From Chitinophagales bacterium (GTDB lineage: Bacteria > Bacteroidota > Bacteroidia > Chitinophagales > LD1), in contig JBGAIB010000010.1 of NCBI GenBank assembly GCA_044225825.1, positions 20,699 to 84,698 on the forward strand: DNA of 64,000 nucleotides. Direction: 5' to 3'. Shown piece after piece: positions 48,671-59,400 of the stretch. Below the pieces are notes generated by a model. The model was not told where the DNA came from. It made no database searches and was given only the letters and a program-made list of their open reading frames with translations. Each line of letters starts with the position of its first letter. Position 1 is the first letter of the stretch. A program made the translations under genes and the position numbers.

Positions 48671-50923
48671 ATGAAAAAAATCACATTATTATTTATATTA
48701 TTCAACTCTCTTATTGCAATAGCTCAAAATCCTGCCTCCGATTCTATTATTGTTGTAAAGGAGGTAGTTGTTTCGGCTAACCGTTTTGAAACGCCAAAGG
48801 CAAATGTGGCTCAGCAAATTGAGGTATACGGGAAAGAAAAAATCGAATCTTTTAACGCCCCCACTTCCGGCGATGTATTAATGCAAACTGGTTTGGTAAA
48901 CGTACAAAAAAGCCAGCAGGGCGGTAGCAGCCCCATTCTACGCGGTTTTGAGGCCAGCAGGGTATTATTGGTGGTTGATGGTGTGCGAATGAACAATATC
49001 ATCTACCGTGCAGGCCACCTGCAAAACGTAATTACAATCGATAACAGCATGCTTGATCGCATTGAGGTGCTTTTTGGTCCGGCTTCTTCTATGTTCGGCA
49101 GCGATGCGCTGGGAGGTGTCATGCACTTTATCAGCCGTCGTCCTCAGTTGGCCACTGGTGAAAAAAAGGTAGAGGTGCATGGTAATGCATTGGTAAGGTA
49201 TAACTACGGTAATACGGAGTTTACTCCACATTTGGATTTTAACGTGGCTACCAAGAAGTTTGCATCCTTAACCTCTGCTACCTTCAGTCACTTTGGTGAC
49301 CTGCGCCAAGGCAAAAAGCGCAATTTTCTGAACGACATGCCCGGCACAGATTTTATATGGGACAGAAACTTTTATGTTAAGCGGTTTGGTACCAGCGATT
49401 CGATTATTGCCAATAATGACCCCAGCATTCAACGCGGCAGTGGCTATAAGCAATACGATCTGATGCAAAAATTTTTGTTTAAGCAGGATGATCATATCAC
49501 CCACCTGTTAAACGTTCAATTTAGTAACACTACCAATGTGCCGCGTTACGACCGTTTAACCGACCTTTCAGGGGGGAAACTTAAAGCGGCTGAATGGTAT
49601 TATGGCCCGCAAACAAGATTATTGGCTGCTTATGAGTTCTCTTATCTTAATCCGGGCGGAGCTATTGATGAAGTAAAGGCCGGTGTTAACTACCAGTTTA
49701 TAGTAGAAAGCCGTCACAACCGCGATGTAAATAAACGATTCAGAACAGACCGTACTGAAAAAGTAAACGTGCCTGCCTTTTTCGGACATATTCGCAAGCA
49801 ACTGGGTGCAAATACGATTATTGGTGGTATAGAAGGGCAGTTCAATACATTAAAGTCAAGCGCTGTGCAAACCGATGTTATTGAAGATACTACAAAGGCT
49901 GCTACCACCCGTTATCCGGATGGCAAAAACAGCATGAATAGCGTGGCGTTATTCGTTTCCCACTCTTACAATTGGAAAGATAGAATTATAATCAGCGAAG
50001 GATTGCGTTATAACTATGTAGGGCTTAGCTCTCAGGTGGATAGCAACCTTACCTACCGTTTGAACTTCGGAACATTGAAACAAAATCACCATGCCATCAG
50101 TGGCAACATCGGTGTGGTGTTTAATACCAATGTTGGTTTCCGTGCAGCAATTAGCGGGTCAACAGGTTTCCGTGCTCCAAATGTGGACGATCTGGTTAAA
50201 ATTTTTGAATCAGCTCCCGGTGCTGTTATTGTGCCTAATCCTAAGTTGAAACCTGAGTATACTTTTAATGGGGAGGTAACGTTGAGCCAGACTTTCGCCA
50301 AGCGGGTTACGGTTAGCGCAACAGGATTTTATACCTATATAAAGAATGTGATTCAAACCGACAAGGACAGCTACCTGGGTCAGGATTCTATTGTGTATGA
50401 TGGCGTGCTTAGTAAGGTTATGACCGCGCAAAACAAAGGGAAGGCTTTTATAGCAGGTGCTGGTGCGCAGTTAGATGCGCGAATTACTAATTGGTTCAGG
50501 GTATACGGTTCATTTAACTTTACCTATGGCCGTACGATTGGCGACACAACAATCCTAAATGAAGATTCAACCACCCATGTAGAAACCGATTACGATCCCC
50601 TTGACCACATCCCACCCTTCTTTGGCAAGGTGGGTACGGAGTTTAGCTACAAAAACTTTAGCTCTAATTTCTTTGTGCTTTATAACGGCAAAAAGAAAAT
50701 TGAGGACTACAGCAACAGTGGAGAAGATAATGGCGCCTATGCAACACCCTACGGTATGCCAGCCTGGATGACCTTTAATATTCGTGCTGCCTACAAGGTT
50801 ACCAAGAACTTTGGCGTAGAAGCCGGTGTCGATAACCTGCTCGATACTAACTACCGCGTATTTGCCTCTGGTATCAGTGGAATGGGCCGTACCTTCTTTG
50901 TTACTTTAAGAGCCAACTTTTAG
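48671..50923 (+). CDS. TonB-dependent receptor, paralog A
   Basis: Start at MKKITLLFILFNSLIAIAQ; plug domain, 22-strand barrel, C-terminal aromatic residue (…VTLRANF). Confidence 0.85.
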   Translation: MKKITLLFILFNSLIAIAQNPASDSIIVVKEVVVSANRFETPKANVAQQIEVYGKEKIESFNAPTSGDVLMQTGLVNVQKSQQGGSSPILRGFEASRVLLVVDGVRMNNIIYRAGHLQNVITIDNSMLDRIEVLFGPASSMFGSDALGGVMHFISRRPQLATGEKKVEVHGNALVRYNYGNTEFTPHLDFNVATKKFASLTSATFSHFGDLRQGKKRNFLNDMPGTDFIWDRNFYVKRFGTSDSIIANNDPSIQRGSGYKQYDLMQKFLFKQDDHITHLLNVQFSNTTNVPRYDRLTDLSGGKLKAAEWYYGPQTRLLAAYEFSYLNPGGAIDEVKAGVNYQFIVESRHNRDVNKRFRTDRTEKVNVPAFFGHIRKQLGANTIIGGIEGQFNTLKSSAVQTDVIEDTTKAATTRYPDGKNSMNSVALFVSHSYNWKDRIIISEGLRYNYVGLSSQVDSNLTYRLNFGTLKQNHHAISGNIGVVFNTNVGFRAAISGSTGFRAPNVDDLVKIFESAPGAVIVPNPKLKPEYTFNGEVTLSQTFAKRVTVSATGFYTYIKNVIQTDKDSYLGQDSIVYDGVLSKVMTAQNKGKAFIAGAGAQLDARITNWFRVYGSFNFTYGRTIGDTTILNEDSTTHVETDYDPLDHIPPFFGKVGTEFSYKNFSSNFFVLYNGKKKIEDYSNSGEDNGAYATPYGMPAWMTFNIRAAYKVTKNFGVEAGVDNLLDTNYRVFASGISGMGRTFFVTLRANF

Positions 50924-50948
50924 CATTTCGGCATTATGTTCTAAGAGT

Positions 50949-50980
50949 CGCAGGCATGGTAATATGTCTGCGGCTTTTTT
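50949..50980 (+). terminator. Rho-independent terminator after TBDR A
   Basis: CGCAGGCAT-GGTAAT-ATGTCTGCG followed by GCTTTTTT. Confidence 0.65.
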
Positions 50981-51000
50981 AACATCGTCAATATGATGCC

Positions 51001-51018
51001 CTTTTTATAATTTCGCCT
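51001..51018 (+). promoter_or_regulatory. Conserved promoter-proximal motif CTTTTTATAATTTCGCC, copy 2
   Basis: Matches 48041-48058. Confidence 0.45.
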
Positions 51019-51024
51019 TAATTA

Positions 51025-51555
51025 ATGCGACGTTGGTTAGCCATATTACTTTTTACCTTTCTACTGCTTAACCTGGCAGGTGTGTTTGTATTTTTTATGG
51101 GCCAACAGGGTATTATACGGCATCAAATGAGTGAACTGCTAAACGATAAAAGTGCCGAGCCCTCCCTGGTATTTCATTTTAGTTCAACCGCTTTTAACAA
51201 TCTTACAAGGCTGGAAGGTAATGATAAGGAGTTGCTGATTGAAGGTGAATTGTACGATATTAAGACTATTACAAAATCAGGGGATAACGTTACTGTATAC
51301 GTTTATCACGATTGGGCTGAAACAGATTTGTTACGGCACTTTATGGATTGGGTAGGCAATGGAAGCAAACACAAATCGCATCATCCCATTGCCCAATCAT
51401 TTTTTATGCCTTACTATGCGAAGGCGGTTTGCACCTGGTCGTATACCCTTCCTGTACAAATGACATCGCTCCATTCCGAAGCCACCGGAATTTTACCCGG
51501 TTGGCCTTGTGGCATGATCATTCCACCCCCCAATACCAGGCTTGGCGCTTCATAG
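51025..51555 (+). CDS. Single-pass membrane protein of unknown family, paralog B
   Basis: See paralog A; about 30% identity across the periplasmic part. Confidence 0.6.
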   Translation: MRRWLAILLFTFLLLNLAGVFVFFMGQQGIIRHQMSELLNDKSAEPSLVFHFSSTAFNNLTRLEGNDKELLIEGELYDIKTITKSGDNVTVYVYHDWAETDLLRHFMDWVGNGSKHKSHHPIAQSFFMPYYAKAVCTWSYTLPVQMTSLHSEATGILPGWPCGMIIPPPNTRLGAS

Positions 51556-51626
51556 CCTGCAGTCGGCCTGCCCGGTCGGAACTCTTGATATTTTATGGAA
51601 TTAGAATAACCGGATACGGTTAAATT

Positions 51627-53678
51627 ATGCATGTAAGGAAATACTTAGTTGCCTTGTGCATTGGTATGGCGCATATGCTATATGCCCAAACCGATACGCT
51701 TACCGGTGAGATAAATGAAGTAGTAGTAACTGGCTTGCGGGAAGCCAGCCGACGCGAAACCGTGTTGGATGTTGTGCCATTGGAAACGGCCACGATGCGC
51801 CAAAAAGGGGCATTTAATATTAGCGACGGTTTGAGTAAACTACCTGGCATTAGCCAATTGAACACCGGTGTTGCTATCTCAAAACCTGTTATACGCGGTA
51901 TGTATGGTAACCGCATTCTGGTATTGTTGTCGGGTTTGCGTTTTGATAATCAGCAGTGGCAGGATGAGCATGGAATGGGATTGAGCGATATAGGTATTGA
52001 AAGGGTGGAAGTTATTAAAGGGCCGATGGCCGTTTTGTATGGAACCGATGCAGTTGGCGGCTTACTTAATGTTATTGAGGAACAGAAAGCCGAAGTAGGA
52101 ACGTTCCAACTGGATATTAATACACGTTTCCACTCTAATACACTTGGCACAGTTAACGACCTGTGTATAAAAGGTAACAGAAATAATACCTGGTGGCGGG
52201 TGAGACTGGGGGTCGAGGGACATTCTGATTATTCGGACGGGAAGAACGTAAGGGCACTGAACTCGCGCAGCGATGGATATTATTTTAAGGGTACCTTCGG
52301 CGTACAGCGCAGAAGCGTTTCATCCGAAAACAACTATCATTTTTCAATGAATGATTTCGGATTTATCATGAATGATATCCTTGACTTTATGGACCCTGAT
52401 GCCCGGTACACCCGCAAATTAAACGGGCCCTTTCATAAGGTTATTCTGAACGTTTTCTCTTCACGCAACAAAATTCAGCTTCGCAATTCATTGCTTAAAA
52501 TTGATGCAGGCTTTCAGTCTAACTCCAGAATGGAAAATGAAGGTGGTGGCAAGATTTCGCTGAACATGCTGCTTACAACCGGCCTGTACCACCTGGAGTG
52601 GATTAAGCCCCTAACTGATCGACTGGAATTTATAGTAAGCCAAAATACCAGCTACGAGAACAATACCAATTTCGGAGGCCGGAAAATTATACCCGATGCA
52701 CATATGCTGGAAGCCAGTATTGCAGGATTTATTAAGTATAATGCAGGGAAGGTGGTGGTGGAAACCGGCGTTGGATTAAATGACAGATGGATAAAAACGT
52801 TGTTAACGCCGCTTGTAAACACGCCTGACAAGGGAACTGTAATTACTCCTTTCTCGCGTAATCGCATTTCGTTTAATGCGCTGAGCGGCGTTGCAATTAA
52901 TCCATTGAACGGCCTTAATATTAAGGTAAACGTTGCTACCGGTTTACGTGCACCAAACCTTGCAGAGCTTTCCAGCAATGGTTTGCGCGAAGGAACGTAC
53001 CGCTACGAAATCGGCGATATGAACCTGCGCAATGAACAGAATATAAATATCGACCTGGGAATTACCCATAAAACTGATTGGTTCGGCTATTCACTGAGCG
53101 GTTTTATAAGTCTGTTCGATAATTTTATTTACATCACACCAACCAGCGAAGAATACCTGGGGTTCCGTATTTACCGTTATAAACAACAGAACACTTTATA
53201 TACCGGAGGAGAAGCAGAATTTGAATTTACACCTCAGGGTGCGGTTAAAGGGCTGGAGTTTTCTGTTAGTGGGGCTTACCTGTATTCGATTGGAAAGGAT
53301 GGTAATTACATTCCGTTTACCACGGCTCCAAAGATATCTCCGACGGTAAGATATAGCCATTCTTTTGGGAAGCACGTAAGGAATATATATGCTTCACTGG
53401 GATTTGATTATGTATTTCAGCAGTACCGTACAGCTCCCGAAGAATTACCGACTGATGCCTATTACCTAATGAACGCAGCTATAGGAGCTGAATTTGCTTT
53501 CAGAAAAGCCGGTTTTACCATTGGTATTGCAGGCAATAACCTCCTGAATGCTGCTTATTACGACCACCTTTCGCGCCTGAAGGAGTTCGGAGTTAGAAAC
53601 ATCGGGCGCAACATCACCGTCAACCTTTTTATACCAATAGTATTTAATTATTCAAAAAACCAAACCAAAACAAAGTAG
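51627..53678 (+). CDS. TonB-dependent receptor, paralog B
   Basis: Signal peptide, plug domain (…VVTGLREASRRETVLDV…IERVEVIKGP), beta-barrel. Confidence 0.85.
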   Translation: MHVRKYLVALCIGMAHMLYAQTDTLTGEINEVVVTGLREASRRETVLDVVPLETATMRQKGAFNISDGLSKLPGISQLNTGVAISKPVIRGMYGNRILVLLSGLRFDNQQWQDEHGMGLSDIGIERVEVIKGPMAVLYGTDAVGGLLNVIEEQKAEVGTFQLDINTRFHSNTLGTVNDLCIKGNRNNTWWRVRLGVEGHSDYSDGKNVRALNSRSDGYYFKGTFGVQRRSVSSENNYHFSMNDFGFIMNDILDFMDPDARYTRKLNGPFHKVILNVFSSRNKIQLRNSLLKIDAGFQSNSRMENEGGGKISLNMLLTTGLYHLEWIKPLTDRLEFIVSQNTSYENNTNFGGRKIIPDAHMLEASIAGFIKYNAGKVVVETGVGLNDRWIKTLLTPLVNTPDKGTVITPFSRNRISFNALSGVAINPLNGLNIKVNVATGLRAPNLAELSSNGLREGTYRYEIGDMNLRNEQNINIDLGITHKTDWFGYSLSGFISLFDNFIYITPTSEEYLGFRIYRYKQQNTLYTGGEAEFEFTPQGAVKGLEFSVSGAYLYSIGKDGNYIPFTTAPKISPTVRYSHSFGKHVRNIYASLGFDYVFQQYRTAPEELPTDAYYLMNAAIGAEFAFRKAGFTIGIAGNNLLNAAYYDHLSRLKEFGVRNIGRNITVNLFIPIVFNYSKNQTKTK

Positions 53679-53679
53679 T

Positions 53680-54099
53680 ATGAAAAAAACAATGTTTTCC
53701 TCACTGGCTATTGCAGCCGCTCTTTTCGTTTTTATGGTAGGCATGTCGTCTTGCGAAAAAGACGAAGGTAAACTGCCTAACATTTCATTTAAAACCACTG
53801 CCGGCTATACCGCTGCCGACAAAACTGTTGCAGCCGGTGATACCATAGTAGTGGGTATCAATGCTTCTAAATCGGAAGAAGAAGATGTGCTGAAAACCTT
53901 TAACATTTCAAAAAGTGTAGATGGTGCATCTTCCACAACTGTTCAAACTATCACCTTAAGCGCTGCACAGGAAGATACCTATAGCCAGGACTTTTCGCTG
54001 GTTGCTGGTTCTGCTGGCCATACCGAAAAGTATACCTTTACTGTGAGCAACCGTGATGGTTTAACCAATAGCGTTAATTTCACATTAACTGTTCAGTAA
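53680..54099 (+). CDS. Small lipoprotein (hypothetical), translationally coupled to TBDR B
   Basis: Lipobox …VGMSSC; starts 2 nt after the TBDR stop. Confidence 0.6.
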   Translation: MKKTMFSSLAIAAALFVFMVGMSSCEKDEGKLPNISFKTTAGYTAADKTVAAGDTIVVGINASKSEEEDVLKTFNISKSVDGASSTTVQTITLSAAQEDTYSQDFSLVAGSAGHTEKYTFTVSNRDGLTNSVNFTLTVQ

Positions 54100-54102
54100 T
54101 TA

Positions 54103-54219
54103 ATGGGGCCTGGTCCGCAAAAGGTTAAAGAGTTCATTCAGCGTTATGCAAACTTGCTGGCACTGGGGATGATGTTGCTTTTGGCGGCTGTAGCTATTTT
54201 ATTCTTTACCCGTTATTAA
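54103..54219 (+). CDS. Candidate 38-aa tail-anchored membrane peptide (MGPGPQKVKEFIQRYANLLALGMMLLLAAVAILFFTRY)
   Basis: ORF missing from the track (<60 aa), starting 4 nt after the lipoprotein stop and followed by a terminator; hydrophobic C-terminal helix. Confidence 0.25.
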   Translation: MGPGPQKVKEFIQRYANLLALGMMLLLAAVAILFFTRY

Positions 54220-54241
54220 ACGCCGGTATCATAAAGGTCAT

Positions 54242-54268
54242 AAAAGCCGCCTCACCAGGCGGCTTTTT
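54242..54268. terminator. Bidirectional terminator; the M48 gene's stop codon lies within the hairpin
   Basis: AAGCCGCCT-CACC-AGGCGGCTT followed by TTT. Confidence 0.65.
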
Positions 54269-55358
54269 CATTTATAGAAACTTGTATTTCCTTAAACAGT
54301 GAATCAAGCACGGGGTTTGGTGTAATGCTGTAATTTGCTGTTGCGATAGCATTTTTCACCGCCGTTATACGTTCAGATGTTAAAGGATGGGTGCTTAAAA
54401 AACCTGGATAATTGCCCTGTTGCTTTTCTTCCTTTTGTAGTGTTTCAAACAATCCGATCATCCCCTGTTGATCAATATGTTGTTCGCCCAAAAGCTTCAA
54501 TCCATTCAAATCAGCCTCTGTTTCAAATTCGCGTGAATAGGAGAGCTGTTTTAACTGATCAGCATTTTGCACTACCACGGCCGCAACACCCGTTGCATCA
54601 CCGATTACCAGCGAAATAACCAAATAGGAGGAGAGTGCCCTGAATAAACTGCGGGTTGAGTGCTTAAGTGCAACATGTGAATATTCATGCGAAAGTAAGG
54701 CCGCAAGTTCGTCGTAGTTATTCATTTTATGCAGTATGCCTGCATATACCACTATACGGCCACCCGGCAAGGCAAAGGCATTTACGATCGAATCATTAAT
54801 TACGGTAATGGTTACCGGGTATGCTGATGCAAAATGCAATTGATTGAAGAACAGGGTAGCATTTTTGCCGGCTTCCTTATTTTGTTGGGCTCCCTGAGTA
54901 AATTCCCGGTAAGCTTTCTCGCCGATTTCCTGCTCCGTGCTCATTGGAACTGCCAGAGCTGCCTTATCGGCCAGTGCCGGGATAAGTAAAAAGTATAGCA
55001 ACAAGGGTACTATCACCACTAGTATGCCTGCCAGTCCAAGTGCTATCATAAACTTGCTGATACCTTTTTTCGCACTGGTTTCGCTGAAAGCGCTCAGCGG
55101 GTAATGCGTTCTTAAGGCTTCCTCAAACCCCGGTGTGCTCACCGTGAAATGGACATCCGGAAACTTCCGGTTACGCCATACCTTATAACCGCCGGTATAA
55201 TCCTTACCGGGCAACATATCTTCGGGTTGCCATATTACCTGCGAAATTATTCCGCCCGTTTCAGTAATGAGCAATTTAAGGCTGTATGTACCCAGCTCGA
55301 TATTTATGTTTCTGCCACCGGCAGCGTTGTTGTCGTAATAAGTGCCTTTAAACAGCAT
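54252..55358 (-). CDS. M48-family zinc metallopeptidase with N-terminal extension and TM segment
   Basis: HEYSHVALKHS (HExxH) motif. Confidence 0.8.
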   Translation of the reverse strand: MLFKGTYYDNNAAGGRNINIELGTYSLKLLITETGGIISQVIWQPEDMLPGKDYTGGYKVWRNRKFPDVHFTVSTPGFEEALRTHYPLSAFSETSAKKGISKFMIALGLAGILVVIVPLLLYFLLIPALADKAALAVPMSTEQEIGEKAYREFTQGAQQNKEAGKNATLFFNQLHFASAYPVTITVINDSIVNAFALPGGRIVVYAGILHKMNNYDELAALLSHEYSHVALKHSTRSLFRALSSYLVISLVIGDATGVAAVVVQNADQLKQLSYSREFETEADLNGLKLLGEQHIDQQGMIGLFETLQKEEKQQGNYPGFLSTHPLTSERITAVKNAIATANYSITPNPVLDSLFKEIQVSINEKAAW

Positions 55359-55470
55359 GATCCTTGTTTAAGGCTGCAATTTACAATGACCTGGCTATTA
55401 GCAGGGGGCTAACTTATTACATCTACTTAATAATATTGTAAATTGACGGCCGGGATAGTTTATTTGTAGT

Positions 55471-56463
55471 ATGAACCTGAACGTACGGGTATTTATTAAG
55501 GTATATGTTGCCATAGCGGTGTTCTTCCTCATTTTGTTTGTGGGCACCTGCGGTTACATGGCTATTGAGAACTATACCTTTTTAGAGGCCTTGTATATGA
55601 CCGTAATTACCCTTGCCACTATCGGTTATGGTGAGGTGCACCCGCTTAGCTCCTCAGGCCGGGTGTTTACCATCATCCTTACGCTGGCTAACCTGGGAAC
55701 GTTCACCTATTTTATCGCACAGATATCCAGCTATTTTCTGGATGGAGAATTTACACGAACATTAAAATTGGTTAGAATGGAAAAAGCAATTTCCGAGCTA
55801 AAAGACCACGTTATTATTTGTGGTTTTGGCCGAAATGGACGCGAGGCGGCCAAACTTTTTGTAGCAGGTGGCCGGGAGTTTGTGGTAATTGAGCAAACCC
55901 CACCAGATATCAGCCTGGGCGATTTGCACGTTCCGTTCTACTTACAGGATAATGCAACAAGGGATGAGGCTCTGATTAAGGCCGGCATTGCAAATGCGGC
56001 GGCTCTTATTTCTACATTACCGAATGATGCTGATAATTTGTTTGTGGTGCTTACGGCACGTGAGCTAAATAAACGGATACGCATTGTTAGCCGGGCATCG
56101 CACGATACCTCGGTCCGTAAGTTGAAGACGGCCGGAGCAAACAATGTGATTATGCCAGATAAGATTGGCGGGGCACACATGGCTACACTGGTTCTTAGTC
56201 CTGACATAAAGGAGTTTATGGACTTAATGAACACCCAGTACTCCGATCACTTTGCAGTGCAGGAAATTCCAGTGGGTAAAACCATTTCACTTGAAGAACT
56301 GGATGCCTGGAGAGTAACAGGTGCTACGGTATTGGGTATTAAAAACATGGAGGGTGATTTTGCACTAAATCCTATAGGCACTACAGTGCTACGCCCCGGC
56401 AACAGATTAATTGCGATGGGCGCACAAAACCAATTAAAGCGGCTATCAGACCTGCTCAATTAG
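55471..56463 (+). CDS. Two-TM potassium channel with an RCK (TrkA-N/TrkA-C) gating domain
   Basis: Selectivity filter TLATIGYGEV; Rossmann GxGxxG (ICGFGRNG) of the RCK domain. Confidence 0.85.
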   Translation: MNLNVRVFIKVYVAIAVFFLILFVGTCGYMAIENYTFLEALYMTVITLATIGYGEVHPLSSSGRVFTIILTLANLGTFTYFIAQISSYFLDGEFTRTLKLVRMEKAISELKDHVIICGFGRNGREAAKLFVAGGREFVVIEQTPPDISLGDLHVPFYLQDNATRDEALIKAGIANAAALISTLPNDADNLFVVLTARELNKRIRIVSRASHDTSVRKLKTAGANNVIMPDKIGGAHMATLVLSPDIKEFMDLMNTQYSDHFAVQEIPVGKTISLEELDAWRVTGATVLGIKNMEGDFALNPIGTTVLRPGNRLIAMGAQNQLKRLSDLLN

Positions 56464-56484
56464 TGATCCCGGTTTATAAATGAA

Positions 56485-59400
56485 CTATCGAACAATTACC
56501 AGTTTGCCAAATCCTTTTTTGAAGTATTTGTCGTAGTTAGTTCCCATGTGATCCATTTCTTTATCATCCAAACGGGTAGTTACCCGGTAAAAATAAACAC
56601 CGTTGGCCAGTAAATCGCCATAGGTATCGCGGCCATCCCAGGTATATTCAGAAATGTTGCGGCCGATATGTATTGGCCCTAACTCTTCCTTGGTTATTTC
56701 CTTAACCACCGTTCCCTTAATGGTCATAATTTGTATGCGCATATAATCCGGAACTTCGTTACCCGTAATGGTAAAGATGAACTTAGTGGCGGTAGTAAAA
56801 GGATTAGGGTAATTAAGGATGTTGGTGATCATAGGTTTGTTAATCACCTCAAAGCTTATTTTATAGTCGTAGAAGCGGTTGTTCTCGTTACGGCTTTCCA
56901 TACTACTGTTGTTGCCGCTGCGGTCACGGTCGCGAATAATCAGTTCGTAGGTTCCATCAATGGTAAATGTAGGTTTCAACTCAACCTGAGCCTTGTTCCC
57001 TTTGGTAAGGTTAGTTGAGTCAGCCGGATAAAACTTCATGGTTATGTTATCGAAATTCAGGCGGCGCAGGGTCGATTCGCCGGGGTATTTCAAATATAAA
57101 TCCAACAACGAAGAATCATTCAGCGCTAAAAACTTGTTTTCATCCTTCAACGTTACCATAATAGTAGGTTGCGTGGAAACGATATCGCCATTGAAGATGT
57201 GCTGCCCGTCAAACGTTACATCTAATAACGGGTTAATCTTATCGCCAACCGTTTTAAAGTTCAGTTCAGCGTAGTTATTAAAGTGGTATTGTTCTAATTG
57301 ATCTTCATTGGGGTTGGCTTCAATAACCAACCGGTTCAATCCTTCGTACGTATTGCTGTTAATGGATTGTCCGTATGAGAGCACTATAAAGCTATCCTGC
57401 TGCCCGGGCAGTGGAGCATGGCGTATCAGTGTATCGTATACATGGAACTGCGCATCGCGGATGGTATAAGACGCCAGCATGCTGTCCATTGGTATATCTG
57501 TTACGTTCTCCAATGCTACTTCTACATGCATGTTGCCTCCCATCGGCACCGAATCCACAAAACTGAAATACTTAGCTGGGTTAATGGCTGCCTCAGGCGC
57601 TTTCTTATACAGGATGCGCCAGTATTGCAATTGCGTGGGGGTGCGTAACGAATCATCGCGGGTGCGTAAGCGCAAACGCATGTAAGGGTATTGTTGTGCA
57701 CTAAAGTTGTTAATCAGGTTAAAGGTGTCGGTGGTGGAAAGCAGTACGGTTTCAATGCCATTGTTTTGCACGCCAATCAGGTCCACTGTATCAATGTCTT
57801 TGGTGTTGCCTTCACGGCTTTGTAGCTGAAAGTGCATGCTGCCCCATTCTTGTGCAGGACCTATTTTAGGTGAGGTCATTTGACCGGCAAACCATAAGCC
57901 GGTAAAATCGATGGAAGCCTGTATATAAGGGGAATAGCTGCTTTGGGTTACAAATGTACTTTGGAAGTTAGGATTGCCTTTTTGGGTGAAATAGATGAAC
58001 GGACCATTCAGCGAGCCATTTTTGAACTGCGAAGCCGGTAATAAAAAACTGCTTTCCAACGCATTTACCAAAGTATCATCCCACTGAGGGTAAATGCTGG
58101 TCATATTGTTATCACTATAAGCCAACACGTAAAAACCTGCGGGAATTGAATCGATAAAGTTTTTGATCACTACACTCCATGGCTGGTTCGAAATCTGCGA
58201 AGCTCCGGGCACTGTTGGATCCACAGCTCCGTGCACACCGGTTGTTTTAAAATCGTAACCGTATTGAATATAGTATTTGCCATCGCAGTGGTAGTTGCCG
58301 AATTTATCACCCCAGTTGTCGGTATTTGAGGGTAGCAGATTCATACTATACCACGGGAATCCGGTAACGTTATCAATAACCGCGAAGGTAATGCCGTTGT
58401 TAAAGCCACAACCACCCATACGGAAACGGTGCATGTTGTAGTTGTTATAGTCCCAACCCATCGATTCGGAACTCAGAGGGCCGCCAAAGGCATCGGCTAT
58501 ACCGGTTTTTACAAAAATGTTATTGACTGAGGATGGGAACTTAAAGATACGATCAGTGTCCATCAGCATGTTCAGGTAGTTGTCCTTTTGCCACTGGTAA
58601 TAATGCGATTGGTTCCAGCCGGGGTATTCACCGGCCAGGTATATAAAGCTGCTGTAACGCCAGCGCGGACTGCTGGAATCAATTGCTACACGCCAGTAGT
58701 AAACAACACTATCCTTATAGGTGATGGTGGGTTTCCAGTGAAGCACTCCACCCGATTGGTAAATGATTTTTGTTTCAAGCGGAGCAAGGAAAAGTTCCGA
58801 TGTATCGATCTCAAAACGGTAATTCCGTGCAGGCGCAAAAGGATTAACCGTCGAAGCCTTTAATGTAACCCCCTGCTGCGAATCGATGGCGAATTCGTAG
58901 GGATAGATAGGAATTACATCATCGTTCTGTATGTAGATGGAAGCCGGAATAGTAAGACCGTTATTGTTCTCCGCCATTTCATCTACATGATAATCGGCAT
59001 CTACGTAAGGATAGAATAAGTTTTGGCCGTATGTAGCACCCGCGGTAGCAGTTGGTAAAACAAAGGTTACTGTATCCTTGTAGTAAGGAGCCGGAATGTA
59101 TTTTTTGTAGTAGGCCGAAACCGAATCGTTGTTAGCGCCAAAGGAATAACGGGTAAGTGAAACTGATATAGTGTCCTTACGGGCACGGCCTAGATTGGTA
59201 ACAATCACATGCACCTCAAACGAATCGGTGCCCGGGGTAACGGAAGCAGGATTAAAATAAACGGAAGATTCGTTTACTGCATAATCAGGTTTGGGGTATT
59301 GATTTAATCGTAGGGCAGGGTCGCCGTGCAGGGTCATCTCATAGGCAACCATCATATCAAAATCTGCCGTGCCGCAACAGGCTACTACATCGCTCATAGC

